This document shows, piece by piece, positions 52,591-64,000 of a stretch of DNA of 64,000 bases. Source of the stretch: Podarcis melisellensis (lineage: Eukaryota); the NCBI GenBank assembly GCA_964234715.1, contig OZ174281.1; one strand, given 5' to 3'. Under the pieces are notes generated by a model. It was given only the letters and a program-made list of their open reading frames with translations, searched no databases and had not been told where the DNA came from. Made by a program: the position numbers and the translations under genes. Positions within the stretch are counted from its first letter, which is position 1, and every line of letters starts with the position of its first letter.

Positions 52591-54146
52591 TGGCTCTTTC
52601 ATGTCAGTATCTAGACTGTCAGTCATCAGGCAGGAGGTGTCTTTGAAATTTTTTGATCCCCTTCTCACCTCTTATTTGGTGATATTCAGGTCTGTGAGTG
52701 ATCCTGTTTGCATTCCTTGGAAATCTGGAGTCAATTCTGCATATTTTTCTGTGCATGAATGATGGCTATTTATGTGAGAAGCCTACCCTAATTGTCTGTG
52801 AGCACATTTACTCCATATGTCATTTCAGGTCTCCAAAAATCACATTTGATGTTCTAATTAGTTGCTTCCAAATATGCAGCCATGATCTTAACAACATTCT
52901 AGATTTCACTGGATAACCTGAGTCCGAAGTTTGCTGCGGGCAACAATACCCAGCATCTTCCGGAACAAATGCCTGTCAAGGGCTTATCTGAAAAGATAAT
53001 AACGTGACATTTATTATATTATTGGTCTATTTTTCCTTATATTGCTATACAATACAAGTTAAGGAACCATTATGTTTCATTTCTAGGATTAGAAATCAAT
53101 CCACTAGGTGGAGAACTTGCCTCAAGTATGTATCTAACACTGAAGTATAGCCATATTAATTCAATGAAATTATATTTTTAGTAAGTGAATCTTAGTATGT
53201 CAGTCTTTTATCTACTGTATTTTCTAGCAAAGAGTTCTTGCAAGTTCCTGGGAAATATTAATTGATTAATTGCTGAATTATATGCATATAATAGAAGGCT
53301 TAACTGCTGGTGCCTATGAAAGATTACTGAGTTGTTATTTTTCATTTATCAAGCATACTATTTGGTTTATTTATTGAAGATGTCAGACACCATCCAGCCA
53401 ACATAAAGCATGTTGGAATCCAACAATATCTAGTTCCCCATTCCTGTTCTCTGAGCATAAACAGGACTCTGAATCCATATGATTGTGTTTACTGCTATGT
53501 GAACTTTCATATGTAGCTAGTATTAGAGCGCTGAAAATCACAGTGGAACATTTGCCAAGGAAAGAAATAGTCGCAAATTAGAATATATGTGTAATGAACT
53601 TCTTTACTTTGCAAAGATTTTGGCTGGCACCATCATTTTGTGCAAGGATAAATAAAGCCATTGCAAGAGTAAACTCTTAATAGCATTTTCACTGAATTCA
53701 TGTGGATACGAACAGCTAAACTGCAGTGAAAACCAGCTGGAAATGAGATAATGGAAGACAAGAAAGTGTTTCCCTTAGGAATTTTGAATGAAAAAGTCAG
53801 TTATAGTGTGTGGGGGGGGGGGTTTGGGGGGGGAGGAAGGCTTCTGGCAATTCTTAGTGTTAAGATAAAGCTCAGGTTGCATTCTCTTGGGAAAGTTTGA
53901 GAGGATAGCTGTAGATCAAGGGATGTTATGTAGTATTTACACATTTTTAACAAGTACATTATTGCTAAAGATCATCTATAACTAGGGAGTATCATCTACA
54001 GCCTATCATCCCTGAATATTTGTCATGCTGGCTGGGGCAGATGGGCATTGTAAGGGCAGCACATTGGCTACTCCTAATCTAGAGGCATTAGGGAAAGGAA
54101 ACCATATTAAGAAGGAAGGAAGCAGGGGCACACATTCTTAAAATTT

Positions 54147-55027
54147 CCGTATTTTTCTCTCTATAGGACGCACCCGACCATAGGACGCACCTTGTTTTAG
54201 AGGGGGAGAACAAGGGGAAAAATTCTCCCCCTCTCTGCTCAGCACCCCTTCAGCAAAGCGGCAGGAGAAACAGAGCCCCTTCCATTTCTCCTGCCGCTTC
54301 GCTGAAGGGGCGCTGAGCAGAGAGGGGGATAATTTTTCCCCCTTGTTCTCCCCCTCTAAAACAAGGTGCATTCAAGGTGCGTTCACCCGAAGCCTCCGGA
54401 GCACAGTGGGAATTCCCGCTGTGTTCCAGAGGTTTTGGGTTCCTTTCAACCTGCTCTTTGGGGCTGGCGGGGGGAAGCACTGCTTTCCCCCATTGCCAGC
54501 CTCAAAGACTAGGTCGGGGAGCAGCGCAGAGGCTGCGTGCAGCCTTCCCACTGCCCCCCGAGCTTGTGGGACTGGCGGTGGGGGGAAGGCGCTGCTTTCC
54601 CCCACCGCCAGCCTCAAAGATCCCTGAAGCCTTCGGAACGCAGTGCAAGTTCCCGCTGCACTCCGCAGGCTTCAGGTTCCTTTTGCTGAAGCCAGGAGAG
54701 CAAGATTATCCTGGCTTCAGCGAAAGGAACCTGAAGCCTGTGGAGCGCAGCGGGAACTCGCACTGCACTCCGAAGGCTTCAGGCGGCTATCCCTGAAGCC
54801 TGGAGAGCGAGAGGGGTCGGTGCACACGGACCCCTCTCGCTCTCCAGGCTTCAGCGAAAGCAACGCGAAGCCTCCGGAGCGTGGAGGGAGCGCTCCCTCT
54901 GCACTTCGGAGGCTTCGCATTGCTATAACTAAAGCCAAGGAGCCTGCATTCGCTTCTTGGGACGCACACACATTTCCCCTTAATTTTTGGAGGGGGGAAA
55001 GTGTGTCCTATAGAGTGAAAAATACGG
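54147..55027. mobile_element. Non-autonomous Tc2/pogo-like DNA transposon built of serial hairpins
   Basis: TIRs CCGTATTTTTCTCTCTATAGGAC / GTCCTATAGAGTGAAAAATACGG-TA; at least six internal inverted repeats; no transposase ORF. Confidence 0.8.
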
Positions 55028-58000
55028 TACTTAACACTTAACTACACAATGCATTAATTATGTGGCTTGCTGCAGCAGTATCAGGTGATCTTTAAAAAAT
55101 TAATCCCTAGCAATAATTAGCAATAATTAAAACTTTGATTAAAAATGAAATACAAGCAAGGTCATGAAATGGCACAAGGCTTATAGTGAATACAGCCCAA
55201 TGATCTTCGGATGAAGGGTGGTATACAAATTTAGATAAACTGCAAATGGCTCCCCACAGCAGCCATGTCACACCCACTTTTGTGGACAGAACACAGTGAG
55301 GTGTATTCATAGAAAAATGCAATATTCCTGATAGTGTGGAATATTGATAGTGCAGTTGACCTTATAGCTTATAACAGCGATTATTGGGTAGTGCTAGGAG
55401 CCACATGGGCTCTGACTTCTTCTATGTTTATTTGTCAAAAGCAAACATGAAAGCCCCATTATCATTGGCTTTTGAGAGCAAGGAAGGTCCATTAATTACC
55501 CTGGCACTCCAGCAGATGACATCATCATTTCTGTTTTGGAGGAAAAGGTCCCAGAGGGAGCTGTTCTCGCCCAAGTTCCCCTTCCACTATACTGCTGTAT
55601 GTGTAATACTGCAAGTCAAGGATCTCTTCTACTCTTGCTGAAAGTGGAGATTATTTTGTAGTGAGGAGCATTGCCAGAGACATCAGTTTAGCTGAACATG
55701 TGATGCAAAGTCTCCAGGAGAAGCTCAGGATGCTAACCACCTCTTCCTCAACATGCTCAGGGTTGAATCCCAAAGGGTAATCATCCTTCATACAACATGA
55801 CCACCAGTCTTCATCCACAGAGCTACTTTATTGAATCAGGATGCCTGTGTATAGAATTCCAACTGACATATATATATAGCACAGCAATAGGCTCTGGTAT
55901 TTTAATACAAATTGTTTGAAGGAACTCGTGAGGAAAAGCAAATCCGAATTACTTCCCCCCTTCTCCGTGCATTTTGAAAAGTTTAATTCGAAGGAAAATA
56001 ATAAGGAAGTGTGCATTCAGTTTTCAATTTTGCATTCTACAATGTATCCCAGTGTTGATACAGGTCTGTATCAAGCCACATTGCATGAGGAGAATATATG
56101 TGAAAAATAGGCCCTGAGAAGGTCTGGAGCAGGGAAAGTAAATGAAGGCTTTATTACATATTGCTAACCTAATGTGGAGTCCACATAGTATGATGAATGT
56201 GGCAATATGACGATTGATCTAGTGATGAAGAGCAATGTCTTTTTAAGAGTGTTCCTATGATGTTGATAAATATGCAGCTTCCAACCAAAGCCTATTCCTT
56301 TGATTTATTAACTAATATTAAAATGATTTAAATGAGGAAATGAGGTTAATATAAGCAATCAATCCTGCTGGATTTTCGCTTAATATTTCTGCTTCTCAGG
56401 CTGTGTTGGCTTGGAGCTCTTCTTATGACAAAAGCACTTTCTCATACTGAGCAGCCTCCTTTTGCATGCCTAACTCCTACTGGCAGGTATAAACAATGAA
56501 AAGTGGAGATGACAAGACATCCCCAGAGACTGTGTGTATTGTCAAACCTGTGGTCACTTGCTGTATGAAAGAAATGCTATGGCTAGCAACACCTTTGGCT
56601 ATGCAGAGCATATCTATGGCAATATGTATATAATGCTAAGAGTAAAAGCAGGGGCTGCCCAGAAGTGAAATAGCCTCTGTTAAGAATAACTAAAATCTTT
56701 GTTGGTCATGTGCATCTTAAACAAAAAAGGAGCTGTTCCCTCAAGTACAGTGGTACCTCAGGTTCTGCCCATCACTCTCCCAATCTTTAAGGCCGATTTA
56801 AAATCCACAAGGGAAGGGAGGGGTTTAAAATCTCATCTGCTTCTGTAACTGAAATAAAATAAATTATTTCGACATTGAAATAAGCATGTATATAATGAAG
56901 TGAAGGAGTAAGAGCCGGAACTATACTCAGCTAATAAATACTGTATTTTGAGATATATAGTGACCTCAAAGTAGCATTCCAGTTGGTAATATTTTGGCAG
57001 AACACAAACGTCATCTGTTTTAAAATCCCATTCATTATGCCTATGGTTTCAAGGAAGATTACTTGCAAAAACAAAAACAAAACCCCTTCCCTTGGGGTCC
57101 TAGCAGGAAAGGTGGGGTGTGCTCTTATCTTTCTCACTTGCTGAATGCTTCAGTGAGCTGGTCTAATGCCATTAGGCTGCATAGATCATGTGCATGCCAG
57201 ACATGAATGCTTCCTTTGTCTTCCTACAGCAGCAAAGCCTGTAAACCTGATAGAACTGCTTTTCATTGCTGAGTACGGTTGCAGTAGCGGAAAGTCACCC
57301 TCAATTGAATGTCTTCTGATCTTGCTCTTATTGAGAAATAGTTAATAGAAGCTAAATATAACAACTGTTAAAAAGCGTATTGTGCATGCCGTGGTTAAAT
57401 TGCTTCACACATCAGGGGAAAGCAGAGATGCACAGAAGCTGTTCTGGCAATCATTGTGTACTTTTCTCTTTTTTTCAAAGAAGGTTGTGTGTATTTGTGC
57501 AGAGGGGAGGCAATCAAATGAAAATATATAACTTGTGAAGAGGCAATTGTGATCATGGTGAACAACTCTGGAAATTTTGAATCAAGGGGGTATAGAAATG
57601 TATTAAATGAATCAATAGATTAGATGGTTAGATGAGTTTGAATCTGACCCTGGAACACTTCTAGATAGCAATTTATCCTGGAAGACATTTAAACAACTTC
57701 ACAACTGCTCCAAGAGAGGCAGATGGCGCTGTAGCTTGAATCCTGCAGCATAAGAAGAAAGGCACCAGCTGCGTGATCCCTGTCTAGTTTGCATGGCTGA
57801 CATCTACAACATGGAGTGTAGAGTATCCATGCAAGGCAGGAATGGGGAACATGTGGTTATCCAGATGTTGTTGAGCTACAGAACTATAATCTCTGGCCCT
57901 GCTGGCTCTGGACTCCACCAGCGTTTGGAAGGCTGCAACTTCCCCATCCTTGCTGTAAGAAATTGCCTCTTCGGTTTCAGGAAAGGGAAATTAGGAACCT

Positions 58001-58187
58001 TTTGCTTCTTGTCATGATGAAGAGGCAACAGCAGATGAAATGCTTGCAGAGAGATGTTTGCTTCAATTGGATGGATTCCTCCTATCTGCCCAGCCCTGTC
58101 CAATTGGTTGCAGAAATCAAAGGTGGCAATATAAAAGTATGGTCACGTAAGCCCCTCAGTTATACCTAATCCAGGGTTGTGGGTGGC

Positions 58188-58700
58188 TGTAGTCAGGGAC
58201 TGGCTGGGCGAAGAGGAGTGGTGGGAGGCAGCAGCCAGGGAACCCCCAGAGGAGGAAGGCTCAGAGCCAGGGGATTGGTGGTGGGACACTGAGGAGAGTT
58301 CAGAGGGGGGAGTTTGGGAGGAGGGGCTGGATGCTGAAGGGAAGCAAGGTTTACTGAGCAGGAAGAGCTGGTGACAGGGAACAGACTCAGAGGCTGAAGC
58401 AGAGGGCTCAGGTTCAGACTCAGAGGCTGAAGCAGAGGAAGGTGGTCAAGAGGCTGCTGAAGAATCCAGGGTGTGTCCCTTTCCTGCTGTGACAAGCTCT
58501 CCTCCCCCTGGGCTTCAAGAATGTGCAGAATAATGAGGAGAGCAGAACGGAGGCCCCAAACCTTCCTCATCCATTTCCCCCAAACTTTCAGATAACCCAT
58601 CTAAGCATTCCTGGCACCTCTGAGCTGAGCTGGACAGGAAGCCTCAGGTGGAGGTCCCGGTGCAGTTCACCCTTGAGCTCCTTAACTGCCCCATCTGCCT
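58188..58700 (+). mobile_element. Purine-rich LTR-like repeat remnant
   Basis: GA-rich block with an internal direct repeat CAGACTCAGAGGCTGAAGCAGAGG (58382, 58414); family not established. Confidence 0.3.
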
Positions 58701-60288
58701 GAAATGCAGGTATAGGATGTGATCTTCACTGGGCACCAGTCTTTCCACTTTTGTGCCAACAATGCCAGCTATTTATTGTTCTTCTTCCTTTCCAAGGGCT
58801 GGTGGCACCCCGGGTAGGTCTGATTTCCCCATCCTGCCTCTGCACATTCCTCAATGTGATCCAGGCTATGGCAACATCAGATCAAGGCCATGTGGTTTGT
58901 GTTCTCAATCTGTGGCTGTTTGTCTACAGCATTTGCCATGTCTCGGCCAAGTTCGTTTCACAGCCCTGCTGTAGTCTTGCTGGGTGAAAGGTGAGTGATT
59001 CTTTTATAAAACTGCTTTTATCTTGTACTGAATGTCAATTGTGTGCTAGGTGTTGGTACACAAACAATTTATATATGAATACTGAGCACACACCCACACT
59101 CTAATAGTGCAGAAGCAATTCCTAACTAAACAGAAGCACAAACAGCTAAACAAGCATTGCAATGTGAACTGGCAAACTTGTATTTTTTTCTGAAAAAAAA
59201 GCTTGAATGTGAGTTGTTCTCTGGAGTGTGCTTATGGGGGAGGAATAATCCTCCAAAAATAAAAATTGAAACCTCTGGCACCACTGCACACTAAAAAAAA
59301 CCTAATTCCTAGTCAAGTGCACAATTGTGCATATAGGGATTAAGAAGTGGTTGGCAATCTGGCTACAAGTTTATTTAAACTTGCTTCTGCCCTCCTAGTC
59401 TCCACTGAAAACTTTGTTGGTATGGGGCACAGAATACATTGGAGGCTGTAGGGCAAGGATAGGAAAACTGTGGCCATCCATATGCTTCTAGATGACAACT
59501 CACATTAGCACCAGCTAGCTTGGTCTACGTTCAGGGATGATGGGAGTTCCACTCCAGCAACATCTGGAGGGCGGCTGCTTGTCAATTCCTGGTGTAGCGA
59601 CCTTAGGGATAGACAGCTTTCTGAAGGAGCCCCTCCCTCGCTTGAGTGCCTTCTTCACCATTTTATCCCACCCACTGTGGACTCACACCAACCCTGCTTA
59701 TATACCGGTATTTTTGTTTATTTGCATGTGCCATTAAATCTTATAGTGTGGTGATTTCATTCAGCCCTGTGAAATATGTAAATTAGGAGCCCAGATCTGT
59801 GAGTTTTACAATTTCTACATCTTAAGATGCAAGCAGCGTGTTTTGACAAGGCACGCTGAACATTAGACACACTGTTTTCCTTTGCCTCAGCACACTACAA
59901 GAAAAGCAGTGTGTGAAATTAGTGCTTCAAAACAACAAGAAACGGAACAGGCAGGCTTGCAAATGTCAATTTCTCAAAGCTTTCATCACTATTTAGTACA
60001 GAATTGTAGTGTAGTTCTCATAGGCAACATGACTGTGGGTATGCTATAGGTGTGTAGAAAGCATGCAAACAGGCAGGGCCTCTGCTCAGGCTGCACCCTA
60101 AATGACATATATCACACTCTTTCTACCAGCCTGACCCCACCCAGATGGCTATTGGAAAAGCACAGACAAAGTAGCCCCAAACAGTGAAACACCTATTGGT
60201 CCTTCGCAGCTAATGTTTTATGCTCCCCATTTTACAAGGAGCAGGATGGTTCAAGAAGCAGATTTTTTCAACTTCCATTGAAAGAATA

Positions 60289-60514
60289 CAGTGGTACCTC
60301 AGGTTAAGAACTCAATTCGTTCCAGAGGTCTGTTCTTAACCCGAAACTGTTCTTAACCTGAGGTGCCACTTTAGCTAATGGGGCCTCCCACTGCCACCAC
60401 ACAGCTGCCGTGTGATTTCTGTTCTCATCCTGAAGTAAAGTTCTTAACCCGAGGCACTATTTCTGGGTTAGTGGAGTCTGTAACCTGAAGCGTCTGTAAC
60501 CTGAGGTACCACTG
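60289..60514. mobile_element. Tc1-mariner/pogo-type MITE, family A
   Basis: TA-CAGTGGTACCTC ... GAGGTACCACTG-TA. Confidence 0.88.
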
Positions 60515-62280
60515 TACTGGAATACAAAAGTGCTGTTTGTAACATCTGTTTATCTGGAAATATACAAGCTGAGCTCAGGGAAGGAGACAAGGATTAGCGG
60601 TGTAGTGTTAAATCTTCAAACCAGTGTCAGTTTCTGCCAAAGCAAACAATAAGAGTGTGCACCAACCACAGTGTAGGGTTTAGACTCAACTTTGTCACTT
60701 CATGGAGCACTCCACTTTGGTCTGAGGTGTTCTGAAGTCTGCCCAGGGCCTATCTGAGCCTACTTCATTTCTCAATGCCACCTTTGGCTGTTGAGAAATC
60801 AAAAATAGCTATAATGTTTTTGCTTTTGGCAGAAGCTGATAAAATTTGCAGGCAGTGTCTCCCCTTCTAAATACTTGATTTTCCTTTAAGGGTAGTCAAT
60901 GCAGTGTAAAAAAAAGAGAAAGAAAAGAAATAACTTAACCTCCCCATGTGTCTTGTGAGCAATTGGTTCGTAAGGTGCCCCTGGAAAAGAAATCTGCCAA
61001 ATTGCAGGCAGACAGGTCCACAAGCATTTGAACTCAGTTTATTTGGGGTTAAGAGGAACTCAAAGAAATTCACAGTCTGGGTGAAGTCATCCCCCCCTTG
61101 ACTACAAGCCAGGGCTATTAGTTGCAAAGGAGTTCCCCCTCCTGCCTTCTGTTTTCTTGTGTTTTCCTTAAACTCCAGATGTAGGTATTAATTTTGCAAA
61201 GTTGCTTCCTCCTCCACCCCATCCACACTCTGGTCTTTTCCTCACACAATAAGCTTATAAACTTAGAGACAATGTTTCCCTTTTAGTAGACAGTTGTCTG
61301 TAGCTTTTTGAAAAAAAAACAGAACAAAACGGATTGCCTAAATCACCACAAAGTGCTTCAGGACTTTTCCTGCTTCAACAAGTGAAAAAGCAAAAAGATC
61401 CTGCTTTGTCTTGGGCCAGCCCAAAATCCCTCTGCCTCAGTGCAGGATTTATTTGAATCCTCTATACATCCCTATTAAACAACATACCCTTGGATCTCCT
61501 CAGGCTTCTCCTTGATAGATAGTTGTAAAACACCCCCTGTTTCCTCCATCAGAAATTACAAATTGTATTTCTCCAGCTTCCACGCAAGCAGTTAAGGTGT
61601 GCTTGATAGCTATAAGCTAAAAGAAACCCACTATTGCTTGTTTAACCAAGCCTTTTGTAGTCGTCATTTCCCTTTGAACTGACCCTTTTAGCCAGTCAGA
61701 TCTGCAGAAAGCCCAGAGAAAAGGTAATAGCCTCACTTCAGATGGCCATAGTAATCAAAGTCTTGAGCCTGGCTGAGAACAAAGTACCCCAGGTGGACAG
61801 ACAGTGTATGGCAGGGGAGTGACGGGTGATAAGAAGTTCAGCAGCCCCCGTCCTTGTCCCCATTTGTATTTTAAGCCACCTGTCTCACATTCCAGCCCTC
61901 CTGCCCCGCCCACCTGCCTATGACTGGGGCAAAGCTGCATTTAGAGACATGGGTCTGCCACTGTCACGTGTCCCCTAACAACAACTCAGGGTGGAGGAGG
62001 GCAAGTATCGACAAAAATAAAGCAGGTCATTCACATGCCTATTCATTCCTAGAAATACAGTAACAGATTTGTGGTTTTGTGTTCTGCACTGGTCACACAG
62101 ATGCTAACAACAATTAAACTGTGTTTCCATAGTAGGTTTCTTTGCTTTGTTTTACAGATAAAGAAATTTTACAGACTAACATTTCACCCATTCGTAATCT
62201 TGACTAGCTTGGCAAAGTCTATCAGCACTATGATTACCCCACCCTCCATTAAAGTTTGTTTGGTGTTGTTTTTTTTTAAG

Positions 62281-62285
<5 letters not shown>

Positions 62286-62342
<57 letters not shown>
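62286..62342. repeat. (GA)n microsatellite
   Basis: Directly visible. Confidence 0.95.
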
Positions 62343-62347
<5 letters not shown>

Positions 62348-63112
62348 ATGCAGCAGAAAGAACACAGCTTCAGTGAACATTGCCATTTGTTATATTGGTG
62401 GCACATGGCTCTTTCTGCCTTTATAGGGGTGTTTTACTGCATTGCCCTTCAGAAAGATAAGATTTCATTTCAAATTTGTCAACAAGAAGGTTTAATGTCA
62501 CTTTGGAACTCTGTTCATTAGGGTTTCTTATATTACTTATAAATGCTGAGTACATTAATGTTTTGGAATATAACATGTCATCATCACACAGGCAAATGAA
62601 AAGAACCCAAATAAGACTCTCAGTACTTGCAGTTGCTCTAAATTTAAAGCCAGTTAACTAGCTAGAACATGAACAATTAATTATAAATGTTAGCAATAAT
62701 ATCCAGCACTTTAGTATTTTAGAGTGCTCAGAGGTACCCAACTAAAATGGAATTTTAACTGCTATACCAATTTACATTGTTAAAAATCCAAGAATTGAGG
62801 AATGAAGTATGAAGAAATGGTGTGCCAGACCAGCTGCAGGATATTCTGCCTCCCTGTTCTACAATTTTCTGTTTAGCATTTTGAGTTGTGCAGAAGCAAT
62901 TTGTGTTTCACTGATGAAGCAGATGGCCCTCTATAATGATGATCAGGTTCAGAAGTAACACTAAAACATGAATAGGAAACCTGTGGCTTTTCAGAAGTTG
63001 GTTTATTACAGATGCCATCATCCTTGACTATTGGGAATAACAAGAATGAGAGTCTGATAACACTTAGTTAGGACAGGTGGACTTGGGTAATCTTTAGTAA
63101 TATGGGGCCATA

Positions 63113-63472
63113 AAAAGGTAAAGGACCTCTGACAGTTAAGTCCAGTCACAAACGACTCTGGGGTTGTGGCACTTATCTTGCTTTACTGGCCGAGGGAGCT
63201 GACGTTTGTCCGCAGTTTTTCCAGGTCATGTGGCCAGCATGACTAAGCCACTTCTGGCGAAACCAGAGCAATGCACGGAAATGCTGTTTACCTTCCCGCC
63301 GGAGTGGTACCTATTTATCTCCTTGCACTTTGATGTGCTTTCAAACTGCTAGGTTGGCAGGAGCTGGGACAGAGCAACAGAAGCTCACCCTGTTGCGAGG
63401 ATTCGAACTGCTGACCTTCTGATCAGCAAGCCCAAGGCTCAGTGGTTTAGACCACAGCGCCACCTGCGTCCC
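63113..63472 (-). mobile_element. Sauria-type SINE, full length
   Basis: Reverse complement of the 29000-type copy; TSD TAATATGGGGCC at 63098-63109 and 63473-63484. Confidence 0.9.
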
Positions 63473-64000
63473 TAATATGGGGCCCTATGTGAGGCCAAAA
63501 TTTGGTGCCCCCAAATGGATCTTCTCAGTTTTGTTCAGCACCCTGTGTGGGGGAACCGCCTGCACTGCCCTAAATCTGGCGATGCACCTGAAGAACCACA
63601 GGTTCCCCAGCACTGAGCTAAACCATAGTTTAATGCTATATGTGTGAGCCTGCTCCCCAGTCCCATCTCCTTCAGTGTAGATGCAAAGAGGAGATGGGAA
63701 GCATCCACTTCTGTTTTAAACTAACCATTTTGTTGTTGTGTTCAAACTAAAATCTGTGGTTAGTTTTAATTGAGGTTTATCTGAACAAGGCAGGATCTTG
63801 GTTTGGTCTTGGCTTGTTCTAGCAAACCATAGTTCAGATGAAACAACGTTTGCTAGCTTAAAATGGGAGCAGATGGTTCTGATCTCCTACATGCAGAGGA
63901 GGAAAAGAGTAGCGGGGAAAACAGAAGAGACTGAGGGTCATATACATAACATTAAACTGGTTTATCACTGCATATCGCTATATGTCCAAGGACAACTTTT

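Noticed and set aside
52892-53006. Exon-like open stretch ISLDNLSPKFAAGNNTQHLPEQMPVKGLSEKIIT* after a TTCTAG
   Set aside because: No recognisable homology and no linked upstream exon; not supportable as coding.
54138-55041. Cluster of 60-139 aa ORFs on both strands
   Set aside because: Products of a GC-rich palindromic MITE; no transposase motifs.
62071-62406. ERERER / LSLSLS ORFs (also at 50250 and 47501)
   Set aside because: Translations of dinucleotide microsatellites.

Overview
Vertebrate genomic DNA, most likely a squamate reptile: seven Sauria/Squam1-type SINEs point to a lacertid lizard (inference). The window holds one complete protein-coding gene, RAB2A, on the minus strand. It has 8 coding exons from ATG at 41176 to TGA at 9846, all introns GT-AG, 639 nt encoding 212 aa with a C-terminal GGGCC prenylation motif, plus a CpG-island promoter (~40600-41950) and a 3'UTR with several poly(A) signals. 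A second CpG island with promoter motifs (~750-1950) lies on the side where CHD7 follows RAB2A in other vertebrates, but no CHD7 coding sequence is present. The rest is intron or intergenic DNA rich in transposons: SINEs, CR1/L2/L1 fragments, Tc1-mariner/pogo and hAT MITEs, two putative solo LTRs, a Penelope-like remnant with a hammerhead-ribozyme-like core, and microsatellites. There are two assembly gaps. I found no convincing new gene or multi-gene system. The best leads are small RNA/DNA-structural and regulatory signals, and repeat family names are by recalled similarity, not database search.
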